This document shows positions 1 through 12,000 of a stretch of DNA of 64,000 nucleotides, piece by piece. How positions within the stretch are numbered: position 1 is the first letter of the stretch; each line of letters opens with the position of its first letter. Below the pieces are notes generated by a model that was given only the letters and a program-made list of their open reading frames with translations, searched no databases and was not told where the DNA came from. Location of the stretch: NCBI GenBank assembly GCA_038496445.1, contig JALMLS010000062.1, positions 248,001 through 312,000 of the forward strand, given 5' to 3'. This DNA comes from Trichosphaerium sp. ATCC 40318 (lineage: Eukaryota > Protista > Tubulinea). The translations under genes and the position numbers were made by a program.

Positions 1-1047
1 AAGCAAATGCCGAATCTGCAGCCGCTGACGCAGCAGTAGCAAAAGCCGCTGCCGATGAATTGAGGTACCACGCCTTTTGTTTTACTCTTTTCGTAACTAT
101 TAAACCAGAGCTGCTCTTGCTGATCTCAAGGCACAAGAAGATGCATACAATAACAAGACCGAAGATTTGAAGAAAAAGGTACCTTCGAGCGTGAACTGCA
201 AGTTTTATTTTTTTCCTCACGTGATTTTTAAAGAGTGAAACTGGAGGTGTTGTATCAAGAAACAGAGCAAAGAACGAACTTGCTCAAGTGCGGTTAATTT
301 TTTTGAACGTCCTTCTCGTTTAATTCATACCCTTTTTAGCATCTAGAAGAAGATCCTCTTCCACTCCGTACAGCTAAACTCACAACTGAAGCTGCCACTC
401 GTAAAGCAGAAAAGGTACCAAAAAAAGCAACAAGGTTTTTGTTTGACAATGTCACTAGACACAAGCTGCTGCTGATGCTTCACACGCTGAAGCTGCCCGT
501 ACTCAAAAGGAAGCTGATGAATCTCATGCAGCTGCAGTACAATCTCGAAAAGAAGCTGATGAAGCCGCAGCTCAAGCTTCTGCTGCTGCAGATGCTGGTA
601 AGTAAAGTTGATCCGTGTAGTCTGAAAGTAATTGTGCAATAGCAACCCAAGCCAGAGAAGCCGCCGAAGCTGCCGCTGACGCTGCAAAAGCAGCCAGAGC
701 TGAAGCTGACGCTGCAGTGGATGCTTGCTTAGCTAAATTTGCTGAAGCTGAGGTATGTTTTGTAAAGTTTGTTAGTTTTAGTGACTCTTTTTTTAAGGCC
801 GCCCTTGAAGAAGTGAAGAAGAACGCTGTTCAAAAAGGTCACGTTTGGTGGTATGTATCCTAATATCTTTCTATTATTATTTTAGTGAGTACGCATTGAT
901 TAAAATTCCTACTAGGGTTGAGAGAGAACTCCACGAAGCCAAAAAGTAAGTTATCATACTTTTTGATTTTTTGCTACTCGAGAAATTTCGCATAACTTTT
1001 TCTACAGGTACATGCCAATGAAAAAGGGAGGTATTGCTAAGAAATAG
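1..1047 (+). CDS. Ala-rich coiled-coil protein with F-actin-bundling C-terminal domain (ABP34/'TolA-like' amoebozoan family); 5' part lies outside the window
   Basis: Eight GT-AG introns splice to ...AALADLKAQEDAYNNKTEDLKKKSETGGVVSRNRAKNELAQHLEEDPLPLRTAKLTTEAA...KGHVWWVERELHEAKKYMPMKKGGIAKK*. The GxxWWxxRxLxExKK end resembles Dictyostelium ABP34. Confidence 0.8.
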
Positions 1048-1352
1048 AGAAATTGGTAGATATGATACCAAGACATGGATAGAAAGCGTACTAAATACCA
1101 AAATAATAAACAACCGAAAGTAGCAGTAGCTCTTTACAACCAACACTTATCTTTAAAATATGTTGAGCCAAACTTGCACTTATGATCGCGCCTACCCATG
1201 GCCAACGCGTGACTTGACAAGGTTCCTTTGGCATACAAGTTCAGAGAATGCAATGTATATATCACGTGCTTAGTACCAAGCTCTTTTGGTGAGCTACGGC
1301 TTGCTTGTGTAGTGTATGATTTGCATACTTTCACATCTAAATAAAAATGGAA

Positions 1353-1427
1353 CGCTTCTGGTAGGGATCGAACCTACGACCTCACGATTAACAGTCGTGC
1401 GCTCTAAACCAACTGAGCTACAGAAGC
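1353..1427 (-). tRNA. tRNA-Asn(GTT)
   Basis: Reverse complement GCTTCTGTAGCTCAGTTGGTTTAGAGCGCACGACTGTTAATCGTGAGGTCGTAGGTTCGATCCCTACCAGAAGCG forms a full cloverleaf with A/B boxes and anticodon GTT. Confidence 0.97.
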
Positions 1428-2918
1428 TTGAATATGATATAAACGGCGTAGCGTGCAGCCACCGAAAACGCGTTGCTTTGTGTAACTTTTTTTGCAATGT
1501 CAAGATTGTTCACAACATGAGAATTTTGAATGACTTTTTTTGTTTTTACATTGGTCACGTGTTTGTTCATTCGAGGTTATCGAATAAAGGAGTTCCAAGC
1601 TTTCTCAATCTCCATCTTTCATATAAAGTATGCTTTGCGCTTTCTCTTGAGCATACCATTTTGTGATAGGTGTTCAAGTATGGATACTTTTCAATGGTAA
1701 ATCCATGGGAAACTAAAAAGCATAAAAGAGGGTGGAATGCGCAACACTGCACTTGTTCATGTATTCATTTACACGAAAAGCTCAGTGAAAACAAGTATTA
1801 TATAATAGCCTGAAAACTCATGTCTTTGAAGAGGCGTCATCCGTTGCAGTAGTAGAAATCTTGTTGATTGTGTAGTATAATTTGGGTGTTTACTAGCAAC
1901 GGACATCTGTTTGATAAATGCAAAATGACTTGATGTTGTACCTAGTATTCAAGTTTACTAATATTTTCTAGAAAGTGAGTTTCTAGCACTGTTAGCAGAT
2001 CTAGCAAGAATTGACACTTCTGTCAAATGGTGTAGATCTATCACTATGTGAACTATTGGCTTGCCAGTAATACAAATGCTGTCTATCATAGTACGACTTA
2101 CGTCCCTTACATGATAACACATTGTTAATGTCAGTTTCAAGATGATCGCAGTATTTTACGTAGACACTGCACACAAAACCACATCGTCCTCATTGAGCTA
2201 ATAGCGAATTTCAAGGTTATATGGTCTACAAAGCTTGAGCATTCCGCCTAACACAGACGAATGCCTCAAACACTGTTTGCCAATTGTTTTGCTTCAAAAA
2301 TCAACGCACGTGTATATAACTTACAACCGCTACGCTAGCGCCTACTCCACGTAACCAAAAGCTCTCTCGCAGCATTCAAACAACAAAGCAGGTATATTGA
2401 CAAAACAACCTCTCACAACGCTACCAACGTTGCTGTGGGCTTTGTAAACGCTGCCAGGGTCAAATAAGTTAATAAAAATTTTTTGGGTTTGGAAAATCAC
2501 GTGAGTTTAACAGGTTGGATTCGCAAAAAATTTTCCGCTTGACTATGTGAGGGCACACATTTTAAAAAAATGAGATTTGCAAGTTCTGTCAAAAGTCAAA
2601 TCCGATCTGACTGATCAGGCACAAACTGGATTTTTTTTGAAAGTCAGTCGTCTCAAAACTTGAATGAAACAGATAATACCTCAGAATAATGTAAGATAAT
2701 GACATAACAAACACGGCTCACATTTAAAGATGTGAGCTTTACAATCCTGCTAGAAGTATCAAACGTCAGGTAGTCGTGGAATGTTTTTGCTAACAGTTTG
2801 TCCGGCGAAAATTTGAACAACAATCAACTACAAAACTCCGTTACGGATTCACAAGCATCCTCCCGAGATTTTTATAATTCAAAAGCGAAAGATAACGCAC
2901 AATACAACAGCTGAAGCA

Positions 2919-4504
2919 ATGATAAGGGCAACAAACGTGATCTGTATTCTGTGGATTACAATCTGTATCTACCAACTATTTTTAAAACCAACTAACCCAA
3001 TATTAGTTCTAAGCATGTACCACGCTCAACCACCTTTGCCGGAAGCGTCTGTATGCGATTGCGAATGTAATACATGTAATGCTTGCGATTTTGAAAACAG
3101 TTGTATGGTTGTAACCGCAACTGGTGGCGATGGTGAGTTACACTGTAATTTTGTAGCGTTAGGAATGTTACGAGCAGTTTTCTTTTAAATCTGCAGTAGC
3201 ATTTACAAATAATCCACTAGCACCAAAAACCAATTGCGTGGGGTCTTTTCTTGGTGGTCTTCAGTATATCACCCCAATTTGCTAGGCATTAATTTTTCGC
3301 TTTTGAGCCACGTGTTTTTTGTCGAAAGTGTATAAAAATAGAATTTAACGCAACTAGCTCCAATTTACCCTCATTCGTACACTTACTAACCAACACACGT
3401 TTCTAGTGATAATGGGCGACCTTGGTGTTAGTTGCGTGATTGTAGAATCAGATGTATCTAATGAGATTCTTGGAACGGGCAACGCTGATTGCATCCTTGT
3501 TAGAGGATCATCTGCAACTGTAGGTTCAATCTCAACTGGAAACGGAGATGATTGTATTCTCGTACAGGACGGGGCAGTTTCCGGAGGTATATTCGCAGGT
3601 AACAACAGCTTCAGAATTAGACAAAAGCTATTAATTGAGACTTCTTTTTTAGGAAATGATAATGATTGTGTAAGAGTGACTCAAGCGACTGCTGGAGGCA
3701 TTTTAGTAGTAGGAGGTGACGATGATATTATAATAGAGGGAAGCACTCTGGAAGAAACTGCATCGGAAACAAAGCGAGGCATGCCGATGACGACACCGTA
3801 CAGATGATACATTTTAATGCACAAGTCTGTTGTTAAATTATATGATAGGTCGGGTATCTTTGGCTCGGGTGGCAACGATTGTATTAAAGTTTATCCTTAC
3901 GGTGGTAATCCATCATTTATGGGAACTATTAATGCTGGAAATGAAGATGATTGTATTGATGTTCAAACCAGTTCTGTACTCACTATTTCAGGTATCATTA
4001 TTACTTTACCTTCTAAAGGCTTTCCTCAAACTTGTCTTAGGCAGTGGTGGTAATGATATTATATATACTAGGTGTTCTTTGATGAATAACATAGTTGGGG
4101 GTAATGGTGATGATGTAATGATTGTAGAAGAAGTGACAATACGTGCGAAATACCTTAACTTTGTTTTCGAGATTTATTAATAACGTAACTTTAGAACCAT
4201 CCTCAGGATTTCGGAATGCTTTAAATGGTGGTAATGGAGATGATAGAATTCTAGTCGAAAGCCTCACTCAAAACATGGGTATAACTAATGGACGAATAAC
4301 TGGTGCCGGAGATACTGACAGGTCAATAGACAATTATAGCTTCAACATTTTTTCTGATTTTTTTCTTGTAGTTGCTGTTCTCGTGCAGACCCTAGTGTTT
4401 TTGAAGTAGTTTGTGAAGATGAAACATGTCCACCTGTTATAACAACAACATGCCCTCGCCGTTTAAATGATTGTATACCATTCGAGGTACTGGTCGCACC
4501 TTGA
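2919..4504 (+). CDS. Secreted Cys-rich protein with RTX-like (GxGxD) Ca-binding beta-roll repeats
   Basis: Signal peptide MIRATNVICILWITI..., then about 10 repeats (GTGNADCILV, TGNGDDCILV, AGNDNDCVRV, GSGGNDCIKV, GGNGDDVMIV, GGNGDDRILV). Can be spliced into one frame with GT-AG introns; TGA at 4502-4504. Confidence 0.7.
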
Positions 4505-4545
4505 GACAACAACTTAAAATAACTACCAATAAAAAATTGCAATTT

Positions 4546-4609
4546 CAAGTGCTAACTCCAGCTGTACTGATTCTGTAATAATATGTATGGTATTGAGATC
4601 ACTTTTTTT
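4546..4609 (+). repeat. Degenerate copy of 8626-8692 (3' end of a GPI-anchored protein gene)
   Basis: caagtgctaactccagctgtactgattctgtaataatatgtatggtattga versus caagtgctagctccagctatactgattatgtaacaatactatgtatggtattga. Confidence 0.75.
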
Positions 4610-5566
4610 CCATGTCGCGTACTAACCACTTCGCTACACAATACGTAGTTAGAGTTAAAATACTGGGTGCAAAGTAACCTGAAACTTGGTGCATTAATGC
4701 AAAATTACTTCATGTCATACTTACATCAGAATAATGCAATCACGTGATGTAAGATATTCACGTAACAAACATACACAATGAAACACTATCTCAACACAAC
4801 ACCAACATCGCGTGTCAGGTTGCTCAGCTACTAAGTGATCATCAACAAGAAGCAATAAGCACATCGGAAGAATTATTGCCGATCCTCCAGATTTATAGTG
4901 GTCCACAATCCGTATAAACGCGTTAACAGTATGACAACCGCAACATATGTTGTTTTATTAACTGGCACGAATATCATCAATTACTATCAAAAAACTTGAA
5001 TGAAGCAGACAATATCCAGTAATACTTGTAAGCGACAACAATAAAAGAATAATAAAACAATCGCTAGTATGTTTGTCATGTTTCGTGTGTATTAGAACGA
5101 ATTTTTATTTCTTTGATATTCCCGTGTTTGTACAAACGAGAAGCTGTCAAATTTGTCAAATCAAGCTGTGCCAATGGATCCATACGATTGTCTCCGCAAA
5201 CTTACTTGCGCTGGATAATAGTTCGTATTTTTCCGCATTCTACTGTCAAATCACGTGGAAAGTACTTTTATTTAACTGAATCCGCGTATGTTAACATCAC
5301 GCGTCCTCTTGTATTCTTTAAAGTGTATGCCTTTCAGTTATCCTTGATATCCTAGAAGCTAGCAGTGGTACTTGCTTCTCGATAAAACCAACAGCTCACG
5401 TGATCAGCTCAAATCTTTGCAACAGGATAAGGCTCTAAGTGTTTAAAATAAAAGAAGGCAGGTATTGGCAAATTGAGTACTTTCAGTAAAGACAACATAA
5501 GGTTCTATATAGTTAACGAATACAAGCTAGTCAAGGCTATTTTAACTAAAAAGGCGAATTTATTTC

Positions 5567-6691
5567 TTATTCGTTAACACTTGCCCATGCCTGACTACTG
5601 CCAATGCAAATTAATCTGCTGCGCCCGTATCCAACCGCTTCGATTTGCGTATAGTGGTCATCTGAACCAATATGCCAACTACCAATCAACCCATCGCCAG
5701 CATTACCAGTTACATAAGTCCACTGATTGTTCACAAGCTTCATCATTTGCGAATAACCATTATGATTAATGGCCACAACGGCATCAGTGTTAGAAAATGA
5801 AGACACGTCAAAGTCTCCACCTAGAAAAGTATCACTATCATGAATGACCCACACACCAATAAGACCTCCATCTCCTCCTTCCGTATAAACAAACTGTTTT
5901 GTAGTTCCATCAAATTTCATTGTATGATGCCATCCGTTCGAGTTTATAGCTAAGAGATCCTCTGTAGGAGCATCATAGAAGCTTCCTACAACATAATGGT
6001 CATTTGGATTGATCACCCACCAGTATATTCGTCCTGACGTTGTACTTGATAGAATATCCCAGCTGTTTGTATTTCTGTTGTAGTTCATCACTTTATACCC
6101 AGTGGATTTGATATGAACGACATATGTTTGAGGACCAGGGTTGATTACTTCGAAAAAACCCGAAATAATCTGATCTGAAGAAGAAATGTCTCCGTTTGTT
6201 GCGTATTGGATTTGTGTCCACGTGAAGCCATCAAAACCGAATTAAGCGAAATATTCAATACTGAGAGTTGCGTATCTACCGTCTGGGTTGACTACGAACA
6301 AAGATTTTCGTACTGAGTTGTCGAAGTATCCAGAGACATACTTGTCGTTCCACTTTGTTGGCCAAGACCCGATTCTAGCTCTCCCGCTTTCCGCGACACG
6401 CCACTCCTTTGTAGTATCATCTATGTACGCTAACATCCACATTTTACCCGGCTTTATAAACAAAGTAAAAGCACCGTGGGTGGTAGTGAACAAGTACTCC
6501 AGCGGAATGAATTTATCTCCATCTGCAACATTCCATGTTATAGTTGTATAAGGTCCACTTGCGACAAAATACCTATTTTGGTATCTCTTTGCCACGATCT
6601 GGTTTCCAGAGGCATGTGTTTGCCAGTAAGCGTAGATACTTGAAGTGGCACACAACAGAAGTAGAAGCAGTATACAGACGTGTTGTTTCAT
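5567..6691 (-). CDS. Secreted FG-GAP/VCBS-like beta-propeller repeat protein, interrupted by one in-frame TAA
   Basis: Signal peptide MKQHVCILLLLLLCATSSIYA; repeats IGxWxIxxxDxY/FxxGxF(D). ORFs 6242-6736 and 5567-6091 are in the same frame, separated only by TAA at 6244-6242. Confidence 0.65.
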
Positions 6692-7792
6692 TGTCTTGAG
6701 GTTTTTTGGTTTGCGTTTTGCTGTTTTTGAAAACATGTGATTTTTGGTTTCATTTTTTTAGGTCACAAACACACATTACGTCTCGGGAGAAATTTCTTTG
6801 AAAAATAACCGTCAATTACCTTTAGGAACCTTGCAGGAGTTTAGCCTCAAGAACTTGTATCTGTCAAGGTAACTGGGGAAGTGGGAAATATTTTACAAGC
6901 TTGTATTTTTGCGAAAGGGGTTTGGTTTGCGTTCCACATTGAGTTGGGTACTGGGTCTTTGGATCCGAAAAGGAACTCGGTTTTGATAAGATACTTGTTT
7001 GTGGTTGTATTTTTAAGGACATTCCATGTTGTGGTAGAAAGTTTAGCTAAAAAATTAGTTAACAGATTCAAAGAAAACAGAACGAAGTGTAAAGTTAGGA
7101 TTGATAAATCCCGCAACTTTTGTGAATTGTACCCGGTAAAATAAACACCCTTTTGTTTCGTGGCAATCCATATTCCGTCAAAGTGATGAGTGGATCTGTA
7201 ATCAATATTTGATTTGAATTCAGAAGATGTTTTTTAACAGTCAACTTTGATGTTTTCACCTAGTGACTCACTTGTAACATGTTTTGTAATCTGTCGATTG
7301 GTCCTCTTGTACTCCTACAGTTCTGTTTGTTCAGTACCTACTTTTTCCCCTTCACCATCGTATATAGCCCTGAACAGTTGTGTCGCTGTATAAAACAGGA
7401 TTTTCATGTATGACAACAAAGTTGAACAATAGAATTTAGACTCCTTTGTTACTGGAAGAACAAGCACTGGTGGAAAGCATGCGATAAGAAAAAAGTCTTT
7501 TGTAAGGGTCTACATCACTCTGACAACGAATGTGTTTTGACATGGGTTAAAGACACGACAAACAGGCACAAAAAACCTTGAACTGCAAGTAGTTAATGGC
7601 TAGTGAGGTTGCTATTTGGATATCTATCTTGTTTAGAGCTATAGCACCATCAATTTTGATTTGAATTGTAGTCATATTGTTACTTTTGCCACAAGTAAGT
7701 AAAATAACCAACCCTCTAAGCAGTGTATTGCCGTTACAAAGTCTCTTTATCATCGTCTTTACGTTACAAAAAAAGTACCAGCAATAACTGCT

Positions 7793-8714
7793 ATGTCGCT
7801 TCATCGTAGTACCTTGCGTTTTGATTGCATTAGCCACAGCCTATGCTTGGAAAATCAAGTGTTGTTATTCTTTTACTAGTGCCTGGAATGCGGAGGTTAA
7901 TTAATAAGTTAATGTTGGAAAGACGTTTATTCCAAGACGGTGAATGGGCCCTGAAAGACATGAAAGTGAGGAACTGTAGGATCTAAGCCCAACTAAGACA
8001 AACGTGAGATAACTTATATTACAACCTACAAACAACGGCCAAGCTGGTATAGGTATTGTACGTTTATTTTGAGACTTTTTACAATACAATTCTGTTTTTG
8101 TAGAAGATTATTCTTGCAAGCACGACAGAAACTCGTGATGTGTGGTGCTTTGGAGCCTTGGCTTCTTGAAATAAGTTTTCAGTACTCATTGTAACGCTTC
8201 TAATGTGTATAGATTCTACTGTAGAGCCTATTGTGGCTCACTTATACTCAAACTTATTCTTTTTTTATGCGTCTGTCGATTACTAAACGGGAGATATCAC
8301 ACAGGAGGCAATCCAACGCTCCTTAGCTACAATAATAGTATATCTTTGACAGCTACTGGAACTGAGATGAATTTATGGCTACACTTCATATTGGACCTAT
8401 TTATGACGGAAAAAGTTTTAGATTCTCACTGAAATCTGATACCCTATCACCTATTGAACATCTTACCAATACTCCTGTTATCACACTACTTCTCAAAGTA
8501 TGCGGACTTTATTTGCTGTTTCTAAACAGTATTGCTACAACTTCTGGACCAGTTGATCCATCAGTCCCCACTAGCAGTCCTGTTGTGTTCTGTACCTGCT
8601 TCACCAATGCAGCCTGTTCGGGAACCAAGTGCTAGCTCCAGCTATACTGATTATGTAACAATACTATGTATGGTATTGACAGTATCATTTTTGTTACACA
8701 TAACGTACTTGTAA
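7793..8714 (+). pseudogene. Decayed secreted/GPI-anchored surface protein gene
   Basis: A signal-peptide-like FIVVPCVLIALATAYA lies one base out of frame with ATG 7793. Further frame breaks near 8363 and 8585; P/S/T stalk and hydrophobic C-terminal tail TILCMVLTVSFLLHITYL*. Confidence 0.5.
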
Positions 8715-9073
8715 AGATCTTGTTTTCCAACCAAGCTAAAGATAACGGACATCAATAAATTCTACTAAATCTCTTCATCCTAAACAATTCTGGTTTCATA
8801 TGCATCTACTTACTCGCAAGACCAACGTTTGGTATGATAACAAGAACTGTAGATTAAATTACTTGTTAAGAACGGTATTTATTTGTTTTTACAGTTATGC
8901 TACAATAGTTTTTAGGTTTTGGTGTATTGTACAATTGGTTTTTTTTTTGTTTTAGAATTTGGCTGCTCTCTACAATCCCACGTGATAATGCATTATTAAG
9001 GGGGTTAAAAAAAAAGGGTGTGTTAATTATCATCACGTGACTAACAGCTTCAACTTGATAGAAGACTTTAACT

Positions 9074-12000
9074 TCAAGATTTTGCAATATCTCTCAATGA
9101 ATCCTCAGATGAAGACCTAAATAAAGAAGATAAGAAAAACAAATCAACCGATTTACAGATCTCAAAAAACAGGCACTTTGAGTCCTTCTCTCCATGCCCA
9201 ACTAACATAATTTACACTAATACCACTATTCTATAGTATGTAGAGTGTGGAGATGAGTTTACTTTGGTTAAGCTGAGCATGAACAAAGTGTTTTTGTGGA
9301 AGAAAAAAAAAGCTCTTGATGTTGTTTCGAACCTTGTGTGAACATCAATAAGACGTAGCTTCCTCTTCCGCACTTTGGGTGTGGGTGTCTTGAGCTCACG
9401 CTCACTAAGACTTTTTAAAGCGCCAAGATTGAAGTAGTTAAAGTCTGGGAATGACGAAGCGCGAGGTCTAGGTTTAGGTGTCTTCGGGCTGTTTTCAACA
9501 GAAGAGCTTTCATTTGATAGCTTTACAAAGTCCGGAGAGTTTCCAGAGAAAGAAGATGTCATAGAACCATATAATGACTTACGATCTATATCACAAATTA
9601 ACCAAATAAAAAAATACGTGACAACAGTAGAAAGCGTAAAAATACAAAAAGTAAAAATAGGTCAGAAAGCATACCCCAAAAGTAAGACGTGTCTTGTTTG
9701 CCTTCTGGTCTAGGTACAAAAATGGTATCCATAGGCATAGTATACAGTTTGGTCCAGTCAATATTCTTGAACCAAGGGTGACTCTTGATATCCTCCATAC
9801 CTTTCAAGGAGTTAACAAAAATTGTTTTGAAAAAAGCATAACAAAAAAATATTTGTTGCGTACCATTAGATCCTAGTCTCTTGGCTGGATCGATAGTTAA
9901 AAGTTTCTCAACAAAGTCCTTCGCTTCTTCTGAGATATCGTCTCTTGACTCATCTTCTGGCCATTCAACATCTATTTAAAGTATTAAAGAAAAGTTAAAC
10001 CGAAAGGAGGAGCAAAAGATGTACCTCTTCCCAATATCCGTTTAAAGATATTTTTTGGAGAATCTGCGTTGAATGGAGGATAACCAACCAAGAACTCATA
10101 TGTGATAACTCCCAATGCCCATAAATCAACACTAGGACCATGGGGCATACCCATAATGATTTCTGGACTCAGATAATCAGGTGTACCCACAACTCTGTAA
10201 AAGACTAGTAAGCAAACAAGTCTACAAATAGTGTGCCAGTTTTACAAAGAGTTCGCTTCGCTTACCTGCTACCAACAAAACTAGATGATCTAGTTGTATC
10301 TGAGAATTGTGAATTGCTACCATGAAGTAACTAACCACTAAGTAAGCAAGAAAAGATTGATACGAACAAAAAATACAAAGTGATTTTTTACAGTGCATAA
10401 AACGTACCTTCTGACTTCCCCTTTGGGTAGACAAGTCCTTTAAAGGTTCTTCTAATGATGGCATAGATCCTACATTAACATAGACATAAGTTTTTCTTCA
10501 TTATCCATAACACTAATGCAGGAAATCCCAAAAATAGTACCTGTATTATCATTTGCAAAAGCGACTTTAGACAAACCGAAATCAGTTAATTTCAAATGAC
10601 CTTCGTCGCTGATTAAGATATTATCAGGCTTCTAAAAAAAGCAGGTTAGATATTAGTTTGTAGGTATAGAGATATAGAAAGAACATACCAAGTCACGATG
10701 AGTAATACCGGTCTTATGAAGGTAATCTAACGCCAAAATAATCTCAGCAGCATAAACACGTGCATGATCTTCATCAAAGTAATGTAATTCACGTAATAAA
10801 GCAGCACAATCACCACCTTTAAAAGCACATATTAGATAAACGCTACTGTGAAAATCGGTGACATTTCTAAGAAAACTTTTGTAGAAAGTTTGCTTTTTTG
10901 TTGAAAACACTTTCTGTCACAATTGCTTACACAGAAAGTGCATGAACGTCACAGCTTAGATGTTGTAAATTTTCATCACGTGCCTATTAGGTATTCCATA
11001 ACCAAATATAGGTTTTCTTCTGATTGGAATGCATAGACCAGTCGTACAATGAAAGGATGTTCTGCTTTAGCCATAGCATTTCTTTCAGCCAAAACATAAT
11101 TCTGCATGTTCTTTCTTTGTATGTCAGCCTTACGTAGAACTTTTATGGCGAATAAATCACCAGTTTTCTTTTTTAAAGCAAGGTATACGCAACTAAATAA
11201 GAAACAAGAAATTAGCGATCATATTGATTAAAAAAAACTTCCAGACTTTTAAGATCAAAAAAAAAGACAAAAAAACCCATCCATACCCAAATGCTCCTCT
11301 AGAAATCGGCTTTAGGATCTCAAAATCTTGTATCGTTATTGGTTTGGCCCTTGGACTTGGTATTTGATCATGCTTTAGTAACCATGTTAGAGCAAAGAAG
11401 AATGAAAAGTCGATTGTTGGACTTACCTTTTCAGCTTTCCCAAACAATGATAAGAACGAATTAAGAATAGAAGTAGGCTTCTTTGCTATGGTACAATATT
11501 AATTAAAAGCGTATATTATTAGTACTAACTTTTTGAACGATTAGCTTCTATATCAGTCGAGCGCATAAGACTAGCAAATTCCCTCAAGGAAGCCAACTTG
11601 TCTTCAATCTACAACAAGCAAAAAAAGTCAGATACAGAGTTTTGACAAAACCTACAAAGTCTGACTTACAGCTTTGTAGATGCGATGAGCATATGTTATA
11701 CAAACAACATCAAATGTCTTTGTTTTGAGCATGTATCCAAGTAGTTTATCCATCAACTACAAGAGTAAGAAACCAACCAAGTTTCGAAAAACAATCTTTT
11801 TAAAAAAAACGAACCTCAGCGCAGCTTTCCATCGATGATTGAGAGCCATCGAAACTAAGAGATGCAGCACTAATACCAAAATTAGTTAAACAGTACCAAG
11901 CGAAAAGGAAAAAACAATTACCGTGCTGCAAACCGCTCAAGCTTCTCGAAAGTAGCTACTCTGCTCTTGTACTGTGTGGGTGAAATTTCTTTCCTCATTT

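Noticed and set aside
3770-3850. Apparent frameshift in the RTX-like gene
   Set aside because: Resolved by a canonical GT-AG intron giving MPMTTPSGIFGSGGND.
6242-6244. Stop-codon reassignment (TAA read as sense)
   Set aside because: Conserved genes end in TAA, TAG or TGA, and their conserved exons contain no in-frame stops.
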